Virus record (IMG/VR): IMGVR_UViG_3300001679_000053
Location: 1-64,000 of that record
Direction: 5' to 3' (one strand)
Source of the DNA: a virus
DNA length: 64,000 bases
The notes beneath the pieces were generated by a model. The model did not search any database, was not told the DNA's origin, and saw only the letters and a list, made by a program, of their open reading frames with translations. The position numbers and the translations under genes are program-made. Shown here piece after piece: positions 32,161-41,870 of the stretch (position 1 is the stretch's first letter; every line of letters starts with the position of its first letter).

Positions 32161-33756
32161 TTAATCGTCCTCTCTCTGAATAATTCCGAAGTTAGTTGTT
32201 AGGAGGGTGCCGGCACAGCTAGCGGCATTTTGGAGAGCAATACGGGTTACTTTAACCGGGTCTATAATTCCCTTTTCTATAAGGTTTACTATCCCCCCTC
32301 TCCTAAAATCCCATCCGTGGGGAGCTTTTGTTCCTAAAACCTCAGCTAGTACAAGGTCTGGTGATTCACCAGAATTACGAGCCATCTGGCGCAGGGGCTC
32401 CTGACATGCTGACATAACTATATTGATTCCGGATGTTTGGTCCGGGTGGAATTCGTCTGTATCGCCTTTCGTTGTGATGACCATGGTTTGGGCTGCCCGG
32501 GCCAGCGCGGTACCTCCGCCGGCAACAACGCCTTCTTCTTGGGCGGCTCGGACGGCTTCTAGTGCATCTTCAATGCGGTGCTTTTTCTCGGTCATCTCTA
32601 CCTCAGTAGAGCCACCAACGCGGATGACTGCTACTCCTGAGTTTAGGCGCGTTATACGACCTTGGATTGCTTCGCACTCTTCCAGAGATTCTGTCTGCTC
32701 AATGACTGCTTTCAAATTCATAATACGAGACTCAATCGCTTCGTAATCCTGTTGTCCACCCACGATCGTAGTAGAATATTTAGTGCACTCTATAAACTTT
32801 GCAGTGCCGAGGTCCATCATCTGGGTCTCTTGTAATTTAGTGCCGCTCTCGCGGGATAAAAACTTGGCGCCAGTTGAGGCGGCAATATCTTCTAAGGTGT
32901 TTCGTCTCTCTTCTCCGTAGGAGGGTGCCTTAATTGCAGCTACCTTTAGGGTTCCACGCATTGCATTCATGATTAAAGCTGCGAGGGCTTGCCCCTCTAT
33001 CTCTTCTGCCACTATAATCAGTGGGCGCGACTCGCGAGCACATAGCTCTAGTACCGGGAGGATCTGTTCAACATTTGAGACTTTGTGATCCGTGACCATA
33101 AAGAGCGGCTCTTCGTGATAGAGGATAGCTCGGCGCTCATCAGTGATGAAGGCGCCGGCAACATAGCCCGAGTCAAACTTAAACCCCTCTATGATATCTA
33201 TGGATGTGTCCATCGAGCGCGATTCCTCGATAGTAATTGCCCCATCTTGACCAATGCGATCAATTGCCAACGAGATAAGCTCCCCGATGGCTGCATCGTT
33301 GTTGGCTGAGATGGTAGCGATGTGGCGTATATCATCAATGCTTTTAATGGGGGTCGCCATATCTTTAAGATTATCAATAATAGTTTTAGTTGCTAGATGG
33401 ATGCCGCGTTGTATCTCGACCGGCGACATTCCCGAGGCTATATATCTCTGTGCTTCACAGATGATGGCCCGGGCAAGAACCGTTGCGGTGGTTGTGCCAT
33501 CGCCTGCGTTATTGTTAGTTTCTACAGCAGCCTGTTTTATAATTTGTGCGGCTGCATCTTCGAAAGGGTCTTCTAGTGAAACAAACGCAGCAACAGTAAC
33601 GCCATCTTTTGTTACAAAAGGCACACCACCTTTTTCTTTAAGCAGAACGTTTCGCCCGCGGGGACCCAAGGTTGAAGCAACATTGTCTGCTAAAATATTA
33701 GCACCATTCATTATCTTTTGCTGGAGTGTTTGTTCATTATCGTAAGCTCGGCTCAT
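32161..33756 (-). CDS. groEL: chaperonin GroEL
   Basis: TLGPRGRNV, TKDGVTVA, GDGTTTATVLA, GGGTAL, GIIDPVKV. Confidence 0.97.
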   Translation of the reverse strand: MSRAYDNEQTLQQKIMNGANILADNVASTLGPRGRNVLLKEKGGVPFVTKDGVTVAAFVSLEDPFEDAAAQIIKQAAVETNNNAGDGTTTATVLARAIICEAQRYIASGMSPVEIQRGIHLATKTIIDNLKDMATPIKSIDDIRHIATISANNDAAIGELISLAIDRIGQDGAITIEESRSMDTSIDIIEGFKFDSGYVAGAFITDERRAILYHEEPLFMVTDHKVSNVEQILPVLELCARESRPLIIVAEEIEGQALAALIMNAMRGTLKVAAIKAPSYGEERRNTLEDIAASTGAKFLSRESGTKLQETQMMDLGTAKFIECTKYSTTIVGGQQDYEAIESRIMNLKAVIEQTESLEECEAIQGRITRLNSGVAVIRVGGSTEVEMTEKKHRIEDALEAVRAAQEEGVVAGGGTALARAAQTMVITTKGDTDEFHPDQTSGINIVMSACQEPLRQMARNSGESPDLVLAEVLGTKAPHGWDFRRGGIVNLIEKGIIDPVKVTRIALQNAASCAGTLLTTNFGIIQREDD

Positions 33757-33807
33757 TTATACCTCTCGTCATACTATATTATAATCTCTTTTGTGTGTTA
33801 TGTCAAG
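33757..33807 (-). promoter_or_regulatory. consensus sigma70 promoter for groEL
   Basis: TTGACA-17-TATAAT, then GAGG SD. Confidence 0.75.
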
Positions 33808-33809
33808 TT

Positions 33810-35489
33810 CTATTTGTCAGTTTGCAAAATATCTTTCGAACTAATGTTCTCTGCATTTCCAATTGCAGACGTCGCAAGCTTATCATCTTCTAATCCACCA
33901 GCGAAAAATTCATTTAAACTATCTGAAAGAAGCTTAAGTGACTGAAAGATTTCGTAGACCTCTTCGTTAAGAAGCTCTCGAACATTTTCCATGGCGTTGG
34001 CAACCATGCGGCGGCCAACCATGATCGCACCCAGATTCAAAGTGTTCGTGGGCTCTCCAGGGTTTGTCGATTGTGTTTGATTTAAAGCAAAGTGGTGAGT
34101 CTGCAAGTATCCGAGAGTATTTAAAAGTGCTTGCTTCTTCTGGGATTCTCCCAACACCTTATACTCTCTGGCCGAGTCTTCTGGGGATAGGAACTCGCCA
34201 TCAGCGATCATTTGTGCAATCTGATTTTTTCTCTCGCTCTTTTTGGCTGCAGCCTTCTGTGAGATAACCACCTCGTTATTGGCTGCGATTATCGCAACCC
34301 TCATACTTTTATGAATTGCAGGAATGTCGGGATATAACTTCTTGACTAGTCTAAATATATGGTTAGAGTTTAGCGCGCCTGAGCCTCGAACCTTATCGTT
34401 GTTAAAGATCTCATCGTTCTTTTCCCAGTTCAATTCGTCCAATAGTTTCTTCATATCGTCCTCTTCAAATTGTTGAAGGGGGCTCTCCTCATTCGCTATT
34501 AGATCTTCTATCTGTTTCTTGATTGCATCGTTGAACATGGGGGTTAATTCCTCTGATGAAAGCTGTTTGTCCCTGGCGGCTAGCCCGAGTCTTTCGCCGG
34601 CGCCTGCTTGTTGTCCAGCTTGAATAGCGCTTAATACTACGCTAGGCAATCGAATAACTTCATTCAAGCGTGACTGAGACAAAATATCCATTACGTTTTG
34701 AAGGGTAAAGTCGAATTGATAAAAATTAATCTTACCCTCTTGCTCTAAATCCTTACCACTCAACTCTTTGGTGCAAATCACATACCTCATAGCACCCCCG
34801 AGTCCCATGTATTTTGGAGTTACAAGATCGTTAACCAAATCTGTAAAGCTGCCGCCTACTTCCAGCTGCCCTTCCTTATAAAGTTTAAGGCTTACTGGAA
34901 TTTCGTCGCCCGAAGAACGATCGGTGTAGTCGGCGATCGTTCCTGTGTTGGCGGGGATCTGACGGCCATTCACAAGAGCAGCGAGGAACGACTCAAAACT
35001 AAACCCTGCGGAGGATGCGTTAAAGTTTGTAATTACTTTTGTCAACGTTTTATAGAAAACAAGATATGAAATTGCTTGAACAATTCTCTTAGTGCGGTCT
35101 TCACCTGCTTGTTCAGAAATTAGTCCTGCGCCATTAGTATAGAACTGAGACACACCTGAAATCTTCTCGGCAAGGTCGCTTCCTTGTATGTTATTCAGAT
35201 AGTCTTCAAGCAATCGGCGCTGGGGCCCCTTAATTTCGACCCCCTCTTCTGTCGTCCTCACATCTGACCATCCGATTTCTGATACAGCAATATCGGGAAT
35301 CATCTTTAAGATCATTTCCAATGCGGCATCGTCGCTCTGACTTGCGAGCGAGGCAGGAGCAGGCGCCTCTTCAGACAAGTGGGGAACAGACTCAAATACT
35401 TCTTCCACCATCTCCATCAACATCTTCAGATCTAGTTCCCCGATCTGCTTGATGTACTCTTCTTGTAAGATATCACTAAGTGTAGACAT
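33810..35489 (-). CDS. hypothetical protein, probable virion protein
   Basis: 559 aa; N-terminal ILQEE/LSEE; GFSFESFLAAL...D...SLK suggests a PD-(D/E)xK-like segment. Confidence 0.7.
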   Translation of the reverse strand: MSTLSDILQEEYIKQIGELDLKMLMEMVEEVFESVPHLSEEAPAPASLASQSDDAALEMILKMIPDIAVSEIGWSDVRTTEEGVEIKGPQRRLLEDYLNNIQGSDLAEKISGVSQFYTNGAGLISEQAGEDRTKRIVQAISYLVFYKTLTKVITNFNASSAGFSFESFLAALVNGRQIPANTGTIADYTDRSSGDEIPVSLKLYKEGQLEVGGSFTDLVNDLVTPKYMGLGGAMRYVICTKELSGKDLEQEGKINFYQFDFTLQNVMDILSQSRLNEVIRLPSVVLSAIQAGQQAGAGERLGLAARDKQLSSEELTPMFNDAIKKQIEDLIANEESPLQQFEEDDMKKLLDELNWEKNDEIFNNDKVRGSGALNSNHIFRLVKKLYPDIPAIHKSMRVAIIAANNEVVISQKAAAKKSERKNQIAQMIADGEFLSPEDSAREYKVLGESQKKQALLNTLGYLQTHHFALNQTQSTNPGEPTNTLNLGAIMVGRRMVANAMENVRELLNEEVYEIFQSLKLLSDSLNEFFAGGLEDDKLATSAIGNAENISSKDILQTDK

Positions 35490-35498
35490 TCAAAAACC

Positions 35499-36140
35499 TC
35501 AAATAATTATGTCAGCTATACCTAATTTTACAGCTTCTTCTGCTGATAAATAGACGTTAACCTTACGTTCAAGCATATTTTTAATTTCTTGCTTGCTCAT
35601 ATTCGTTTCATCAGAAAGAGCAGTAATGTAATCTTCCTGAATTTGTTGGAGCGCTTCAAGCTCGTTAACCAAATTCGGCAATGAGCCGTGGCTTCCGGCC
35701 ATGGCTGAGTGTATCATCACGCGGCAGTACTTTCCGATCTTTCTTTTTCCCTTTGTACCTGAAGCTAGCAACAAGACGCCGGCAGACATAACCTTGCCCA
35801 TACCTATAGTATGAATCTCAGTGGTGGGCAGGATCTGGCGCATGACATCGTAGAGCGCGAACATATCATCCGCGGCGCCTCCATAGGTGGAAAGGTAAAA
35901 ATCGATAGGGAGTGATTCTTCTTTGGTTTTATTAGATTCGTGAAGATAGAGAAGGGCATGCACCAACTCCGCTACCTTTTCTTCCGCCACATCACAGAAT
36001 AGTCCTATGACTCGGAGTTCCGGTTCGGGCTCGGCGCCGTCCATGATAACTACCCGGGCAGAGCCTGGTTCGGATTTTGGGGCAGCTTGTTCTACGGTAG
36101 TTAAAAATTTATTAACCTTTTCTTTTATCTTGTCAATCAT
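35499..36140 (-). CDS. clpP: ClpP-family protease subunit
   Basis: YLSTYGG, GKVMSAG, RVMIH, YLSAEEAVKLGIAD. Confidence 0.9.
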   Translation of the reverse strand: MIDKIKEKVNKFLTTVEQAAPKSEPGSARVVIMDGAEPEPELRVIGLFCDVAEEKVAELVHALLYLHESNKTKEESLPIDFYLSTYGGAADDMFALYDVMRQILPTTEIHTIGMGKVMSAGVLLLASGTKGKRKIGKYCRVMIHSAMAGSHGSLPNLVNELEALQQIQEDYITALSDETNMSKQEIKNMLERKVNVYLSAEEAVKLGIADIII

Positions 36141-36536
36141 TTATTTCTCCCAAAATTTAAAAACAACGTCTTTGTGGACATCCACGTATTGAGCAGCTTC
36201 TTCCCAGTTCTCAAAATCCACCATTCTCTGAAAAAATTCTGGGTGCAGGTCCAATAAAAGGTCCACGGACCTTTTCTTAAGATTCCTTACTTCTTCTTCG
36301 TGGCGCAGTTCAAACATACTAATGACCGCAGAACTCTTCTCCGTGCGAAGCATGTGTTCTAATACTATTCCACGAGCAAACGACATATGCTCGACAGCCT
36401 TCATCATGCTGGATATATATATGAGGTGGGTAGCTCTAAGCACTATTAAGCTTAGTCGGCTGCTTTTAATAAAATAAAATGTTTGACAGGTTATATACCC
36501 GAATATAAATACCAACCCATATAATAGCCAACTCAT
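36141..36536 (-). CDS. membrane-anchored hypothetical protein
   Basis: N-terminal TM. Confidence 0.7.
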   Translation of the reverse strand: MSWLLYGLVFIFGYITCQTFYFIKSSRLSLIVLRATHLIYISSMMKAVEHMSFARGIVLEHMLRTEKSSAVISMFELRHEEEVRNLKKRSVDLLLDLHPEFFQRMVDFENWEEAAQYVDVHKDVVFKFWEK

Positions 36537-36551
36537 GTCTCTCCATGTAAA

Positions 36552-36577
36552 TAACCACCGGCGTTGACCGGTGGTTA
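36552..36577 (-). terminator. perfect 10-bp hairpin (terminator or 5' hairpin)
   Basis: TAACCACCGG-6 nt-CCGGTGGTTA, immediately after a TTGACA-17-TATAAT promoter. Confidence 0.6.
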
Positions 36578-36608
36578 AATTATAACTTATCGTGAACTAT
36601 ATGTCAAG

Positions 36609-37250
36609 TTACTTTGTTAATCTCTTAAGGATTCTCTCAGCCAGCTGGTCCACCATCACCGACTTGCTATTCTCTTTCTGTAAGCGCGCTGCAACACGAC
36701 GGGCAACCTCATTGACGATATCGTCTTGGCTTTTCCCCTCGTAAACTCCATCTCGCATGCCCGGAAGCTCCTCTTCCTCTGCAGAAGCAGTAACCTCAAG
36801 ATCGTCAGGGCCTGCTTCGACATCCATTTCCATGTCCATCTCGCCGCCTTCTAAATCGTCCTCGGCGCCAAGCTCATCATCCATCTCAGTCGAGACGGGC
36901 TCACCCAGCACATCCTCTAGGGCAGACTCAAGTGCAGACATGAAATCATCGACAGACACCATCCCGGCGCCGCCCTCTTCGGCTCCCATATCTTCAAGTC
37001 CGGCTTCCGCATCAAGCTCATCATCGCCCATCTCTAGTCCGGCCTCTTCCTCGTCTGCGGCCGCCTCGTCGGGGTGTCCTCGCTCAAGATCGCCGGCGGC
37101 ATAATCCTCAAGCTCTCCGGGGGGTGCTTCCTGTTCATCAAGGTCATTATAACCAAATTCTGAAAGCTTGACTTGCCCAATCGGGGTCAAGTTAGCAAGC
37201 TTCATAAATTGGCGAAGCTCATTCTCTGTTAGTAAAGTTTTACGAGCCAT
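36609..37250 (-). CDS. very acidic protein, possible prohead core/scaffold
   Basis: Asp/Glu-rich; LLTE/LSE motifs; C-terminal IVNEVARRVAARL. Confidence 0.7.
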   Translation of the reverse strand: MARKTLLTENELRQFMKLANLTPIGQVKLSEFGYNDLDEQEAPPGELEDYAAGDLERGHPDEAAADEEEAGLEMGDDELDAEAGLEDMGAEEGGAGMVSVDDFMSALESALEDVLGEPVSTEMDDELGAEDDLEGGEMDMEMDVEAGPDDLEVTASAEEEELPGMRDGVYEGKSQDDIVNEVARRVAARLQKENSKSVMVDQLAERILKRLTK

Positions 37251-37328
37251 TATATAATTCTCCTTTGAATATTCCTTAAACTCATGTATAAATAGTGTAC
37301 CTTTTTGTTAAAACCCTTGTAGTATTCA

Positions 37329-37577
37329 TTATTCTCTTACTCCCTCCCATTTTCTAATCTTCTTTACTGCATCTGATTCAATTTGTTTTACCCGAGCAAA
37401 AGATATATGGAGTCTCTCCCCTATCTCGCGGAGCGTCATGGAACCGTTTTCATAAATAGAAATTAAACAACAGTTATACTCGGCCGGGAAGTCGACCCAC
37501 ATTCTGCATTCTTTCTCCGTGCACTCTTTTTTGGATTCGATGCACAGTCGCGAGCAGGGTCTTAAGCAGTCTTTCAT
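37329..37577 (-). CDS. Cys-rich protein with a stand-alone sigma70 region-4 HTH
   Basis: MTLREIGERLHISFARVKQIESDAVKKIR. Confidence 0.8.
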   Translation of the reverse strand: MKDCLRPCSRLCIESKKECTEKECRMWVDFPAEYNCCLISIYENGSMTLREIGERLHISFARVKQIESDAVKKIRKWEGVRE

Positions 37578-37906
37578 AACTCCGGGTGCTCCTGTGCGAT
37601 GAGATCAAAGATATCTGTTACATCCCCATTCGACAACCCCATACTATCTTTTTTAGCTCGGCCCACTTCTCTAAGTTTTCGAGATTTAGATATCTTTAGT
37701 TGAGATTGTTGAGACACTGAATCTACATATGATTGAAGAGACTCGTCTTGGTCAATATACCCAGTGATTATAGCTCGAAAGAAATCAGACTGTTTTATGT
37801 TGTCATGCTTTAATCTTAAAATAAATTGTGCGTGTCTGTGATCAGTTTCTGTAAATACAATTCGCTTTGTGAGTTTCCCATACTTGATTTCTTGACTCAC
37901 TTCCAA
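37574..37906 (-). CDS. hypothetical protein
   Basis: 110-aa ORF. Confidence 0.7.
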   Translation of the reverse strand: MEVSQEIKYGKLTKRIVFTETDHRHAQFILRLKHDNIKQSDFFRAIITGYIDQDESLQSYVDSVSQQSQLKISKSRKLREVGRAKKDSMGLSNGDVTDIFDLIAQEHPEL

Positions 37907-38928
37907 CTCCGTGCTAAGATGTGTGTTTTGCTTTCTGAGATCCCCGATGAGGTTTGTGAAACAAATCGAGCTACTGCATGTAGCTCTTTTAAGTTGCGGG
38001 CGCCTGAATATGAGAACCCGGATCTGATTCCGCGCTCAATATCTTCCAAGATGACCTCTACCGGGCCACGATAAGGTACTCTTGTTGCCACCCCTTCAAA
38101 AGAAGAATAGCGGCCGCGCCAGTCCATTTGTGCTTCCTTGCTGGCCATGCCGCGGTAGACCTTCCACTTTTTGCCATCAGAATCCTGGAGCATGTTCCCG
38201 GGGGTCTCGTCAGTACCAGCTAGCATCGACCCAACCATTACTGCGTCTGCGCCGGCTGCTAATGCTTTAACTATATCGCCTGAGTTTTTTATTCCTCCGT
38301 CTGCAATGATGGTTACATCTCTGTCGGTTTTGGCACACTCAAAAATAGTTTCTAATCCGGGCATTCCATGTCCGGTTTGAATACGGGTGGAACATATGGA
38401 TCCTCCTCCAATATTACACCGTACGGAGTTTGCACCCCAATCTGCTAAGTCATTAATGCCCTGAAGTGTGGCTACGTTGCCTGCCATAATGTGTAGATCA
38501 TCGCCGAGGGCTGTGCGCAGCGTCTGGAGTGCTTCCTTCATCAATATGTGGTGACCATGGGCAACATCTACGCAGATAAAGCTGGCACCTATTGCGCGCA
38601 TCACAGAGGCACGATTAAGGAAATCTCCACTGACCCCTACAGCAGCACCGACGCGTGCGGAGGGACCTATCTCTTCTATCGCGCTGGAAACCATGACTGT
38701 TTGTTGTTCAATGGTATTATACCTATGAATTACCGAACAGGCGCCGGCGGCCGCCAAGCTGACTGCCATCTCTTTTTCAGAGATTGTGTCCATCGGCGAC
38801 GAAAGGAGGGGCAACTCTAAAGCTAATCCGTTTCCAAGATCTGTGTCAGTCTCTATTTCACTCCGAGATCGGATGTCAGAGTACTGTGGAACGAGAAGTA
38901 CATCATCGTAAGCTAAGGAACGCTTCAT
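37897..38928 (-). CDS. IMP dehydrogenase / GMP reductase family (no CBS domains)
   Basis: YDDVLLVP, SPMDT, DVAHGH, IGGGSICSTR, IADGGI, YRGMAS. Confidence 0.92.
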   Translation of the reverse strand: MKRSLAYDDVLLVPQYSDIRSRSEIETDTDLGNGLALELPLLSSPMDTISEKEMAVSLAAAGACSVIHRYNTIEQQTVMVSSAIEEIGPSARVGAAVGVSGDFLNRASVMRAIGASFICVDVAHGHHILMKEALQTLRTALGDDLHIMAGNVATLQGINDLADWGANSVRCNIGGGSICSTRIQTGHGMPGLETIFECAKTDRDVTIIADGGIKNSGDIVKALAAGADAVMVGSMLAGTDETPGNMLQDSDGKKWKVYRGMASKEAQMDWRGRYSSFEGVATRVPYRGPVEVILEDIERGIRSGFSYSGARNLKELHAVARFVSQTSSGISESKTHILARSWK

Positions 38929-39293
38929 TATCGCTCCCTTTCAATAAAGTCAATGATTTCGGAACTTCGATACCACGTCAACTTATGCGGGTTCTCAGGA
39001 TCTTCTAGGATTCGGATTCTTTTCTTGGGGATCCCAACTTTCATTAACGAAAGAGTGGGTACCCCATTAAAGCCTAAAGCTTTTTCAATCAGGGGATGTT
39101 CGTCGATATTGAATGCAAAAAAGTGAATGTCTGCGAATTCCTCCCTTTCTGCAATTGCTTCGTAGTATTCTTGCAGGTTGTGGCAAAGGTCGCAGGTGTT
39201 AGAATAAAATTTAATAACACACGTTGCTGGCTCCCGAACTTGGCCGGCCATTATCTTATCCAGTGCTTGTTTCGATATTTTCTTTACTGACAT
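38928..39293 (-). CDS. thioredoxin-like protein
   Basis: KFYSNTCDLC, GVPT. Confidence 0.8.
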   Translation of the reverse strand: MSVKKISKQALDKIMAGQVREPATCVIKFYSNTCDLCHNLQEYYEAIAEREEFADIHFFAFNIDEHPLIEKALGFNGVPTLSLMKVGIPKKRIRILEDPENPHKLTWYRSSEIIDFIERER

Positions 39294-39528
39294 TTTCTAA
39301 AGCCTCCTGTGTCTTTTTTATGCAGTGTGGGCAGAATAGCCTCACTACTTCTTGCTTGACTACAACACTCCACGATTGTATCATATCTTTGTCTTTCTTG
39401 TCAAATGGCTCATGACAAGCATCACATTTCTGTGGCATTCTTCCGAACTGAGCAACTTTATCGGCGATGTCCTTGGAGGCTTGCGCACCTACGCTTTTTT
39501 CCATGGTGCGGCGCTCTCGACGATTCAC
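39256..39528 (-). CDS. small Zn-ribbon protein
   Basis: CDAC...CPHC. Confidence 0.7.
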   Translation of the reverse strand: MNRRERRTMEKSVGAQASKDIADKVAQFGRMPQKCDACHEPFDKKDKDMIQSWSVVVKQEVVRLFCPHCIKKTQEALENVSKENIETSTG

Positions 39529-39896
39529 TCTTCCTCTTCCTCAGCCGCGGTGGCAGTGTCGGCATGAACTTGCGCCACGCGGTCATATGTTCTAGAGATG
39601 CCCTCGGTCATGATCAACTCCCCCTCTTTCTCTTCTACCTCTGGTTCTTCTTCCAGTGGGGACGCGGGAAGTGGAGGGACAGGGTATTGGTTTGCCACTT
39701 CCACAAGCGCAGGTGCATGTTGCTGGAGTGTAATAAAAGCCCCCTCTAATTGCGCTAGTTGGAGAGAGTATTTTACAATATTTGAGGCGGTTTCGGTTGT
39801 GGATGGCTGTTTAGCAGCATCTTTCATAAGCCCCATGATTTCATTAATTTGTGCCTGTAAGTTGTGCAGAGCAGCGGTTATAGTTTCGTGTGTCAC
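39525..39896 (-). CDS. hypothetical protein
   Basis: 123 aa, AAGGAG SD. Confidence 0.7.
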   Translation of the reverse strand: MTHETITAALHNLQAQINEIMGLMKDAAKQPSTTETASNIVKYSLQLAQLEGAFITLQQHAPALVEVANQYPVPPLPASPLEEEPEVEEKEGELIMTEGISRTYDRVAQVHADTATAAEEEEE

Positions 39897-39908
39897 AATT
39901 ATTTCTCC

Positions 39909-40382
39909 TTATCTGTTAATTGCACCAAAAATTTGCTGTCGGTTGGTTCCGTCAAAAACAACCACCGCAGATGGGAAGGGGGCAGAGTTTTGACTGTCCC
40001 CAAACTTTAAGCGACCCTTCACGAAATACACTTCGTCAGCCTTCATAACGTGTTCATGCCAATACTTTGTGTCAGTACGCGCAGGAATCAGCATGGTTAC
40101 GCTAGTATCCTCTTGTCGTGACTCCTGGTATGCTTTTTTAATCCACTTCTCGATGCCGCGGCCATAAGGAGGGTTAATAAAAGAATTAAAGCCCTCCCAA
40201 CTTTTAGCTAGACCGTCTTCTGCTTCAGTGAAAAAATTAGCACACTTTGCATTGACGGGGCTTGCGCATGGATCGAGGGTAAAAATACCAAATCGCCAAT
40301 TAAGTTTATCAAAGAAATCTTGTGGTGTGGACCACTCGCCTGTCTTTGACGAAAACATAACCACCTGTGTGTTCTTATCCAT
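39909..40382 (-). CDS. phage-type DNA N6-adenine methyltransferase
   Basis: EWSTPQ, LDPCA, NPPYG, LIPARTDT, GRLKF. Confidence 0.9.
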   Translation of the reverse strand: MDKNTQVVMFSSKTGEWSTPQDFFDKLNWRFGIFTLDPCASPVNAKCANFFTEAEDGLAKSWEGFNSFINPPYGRGIEKWIKKAYQESRQEDTSVTMLIPARTDTKYWHEHVMKADEVYFVKGRLKFGDSQNSAPFPSAVVVFDGTNRQQIFGAINR

Positions 40383-40833
40383 CGGTGCTCCCTAGGGCTC
40401 CGCTGCCGCGTCTGCTTATAGTCATGGGGTGCATATAAATTCTTTCCTCGCTAGTCTCAATGGCCCTAAAGTGAACAACCGGAATCATTACTAATTGTGC
40501 TATTTTATTACCGGGTAGAATGACTTGCATCTCACTGCCCACATTGTGTAGGTTGATAAAGACCTCGCCGTCATATCCCGAATCGATGACACAGGCGCCG
40601 ACTATGAGTGAGCGCTTGGCTGCTACACTGCTTCTATTTTTCACTTCCAACATGTAGCCATGCGGTACTCCAAATTTTAAACCAGTCTCCAGAATCTTGC
40701 TTTCACCGGGATTAATCAAGACAGTAGCAGATTCCTTTGGCGAGAAAAATACATCTAAACCTGCATCCGAGGGGTTAGCTCGCTGGGGTTCAATAACCCC
40801 TGCGTGTACTTTGGCATACTCAAGAATCATCAA
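40375..40833 (-). CDS. dut: trimeric dUTPase
   Basis: AGLD, RSS, VIDSGYDGE, IAQL, RGSGALGST. Confidence 0.95.
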   Translation of the reverse strand: MMILEYAKVHAGVIEPQRANPSDAGLDVFFSPKESATVLINPGESKILETGLKFGVPHGYMLEVKNRSSVAAKRSLIVGACVIDSGYDGEVFINLHNVGSEMQVILPGNKIAQLVMIPVVHFRAIETSEERIYMHPMTISRRGSGALGSTDG

Positions 40834-41074
40834 CCTCTCCAGAGATCATTTCGAAGTTCTCTACAACTTCGTCAATATTGAACTTACCCTTGAAAAGACG
40901 GTAAGCCTTTACGGCGGCCCGGATCTCGTCTGTGTTAAGCCAGCCATTCTCTCGGAACTCAGAGCGTAGTTCGCGCTTTTGTTCCTGGTATGGTTCGATG
41001 CATCCCTCAATTGCTGATAGGGAACGGATGTATTCCTTAACGTATTGCTTCTTCTCGTTGTGTGTTGTGGCCAT
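40820..41074 (-). CDS. small dsDNA-binding-like protein (GapR/DsbA-like)
   Basis: Helical 84-aa pattern YI..L..IE..I....E....L. Confidence 0.55.
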   Translation of the reverse strand: MATTHNEKKQYVKEYIRSLSAIEGCIEPYQEQKRELRSEFRENGWLNTDEIRAAVKAYRLFKGKFNIDEVVENFEMISGEVDDS

Positions 41075-41133
41075 TAGGCTCTCCTTTGTTACTCTATTAA
41101 TATAGCATCATCGGGGGATGCTGTCAAGTCGTT

Positions 41134-41835
41134 TTAGACGTGAATCTTAAAAAGTTGTAAAATAAATCTTCTCACGAGAACATTCTTTTGTTCATCGGTT
41201 TCAGATTCAGAAAAAAGATAGTTATAGGTATCTTTTTCTTTATGAATAGTTAAGTTGATTCTTTGGGATTCTCGCTTCATCCACCGAATTTGCTGTTTAT
41301 AGTTGCGTGATTGTGTGACACGGAACCGCTCTGCTAAGTCAAGCAATACAAAATATTTCTTCTCGTCGAGCGCGCTTTTAGCTTCTTTAAACAATACCAG
41401 ATTTTCCATCCCCTGTTCAATAGTTACCTGTCTGCCCACTTTATCGGGGTGTAATTTTAATGCAAGCCTCTTGAATAGTTTTTTAAAAGACTCATGAATT
41501 TCTAAATCATCTTGTGTATCGCTATATTCAGTTTCTGGCTCTTCTGATTCACCAATATAAAGGACAAGGGCGGCCGCGCTAGCATTTTCAAAATCTGGAA
41601 ACTCTTCCGGAGAAATTTTTGGAGCTTTCTTGCCATACAGCTTGTCAATGATATCGCTGTTTTGGGCGTTTAATTTAGCCAAATCCAAGCCATTCTCGGC
41701 TGCAAACCTAACGTAATACTCCTGAAACTGCGGGCCCGTCTCTTTGTTTATTTCTTCCACTAGGGACTTTTCATTATGAAGAAATCGTATTTCATTTACC
41801 ATTCTCTTCCATCTTATTTTATCTGATGCAGCCAT
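41134..41835 (-). CDS. J-domain-containing protein
   Basis: KKLFKRLALKLHPDK. Confidence 0.8.
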   Translation of the reverse strand: MAASDKIRWKRMVNEIRFLHNEKSLVEEINKETGPQFQEYYVRFAAENGLDLAKLNAQNSDIIDKLYGKKAPKISPEEFPDFENASAAALVLYIGESEEPETEYSDTQDDLEIHESFKKLFKRLALKLHPDKVGRQVTIEQGMENLVLFKEAKSALDEKKYFVLLDLAERFRVTQSRNYKQQIRWMKRESQRINLTIHKEKDTYNYLFSESETDEQKNVLVRRFILQLFKIHV

Positions 41836-41870
41836 GCTATAGAACCCCGCACCTTAAATAGCCCGCGGAC

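Noticed and set aside
22976-37297. T4-type late promoters TATAAATA on the plus strand
   Set aside because: They point away from all genes; interpreted instead as the minus-strand CTATTTAT motif.
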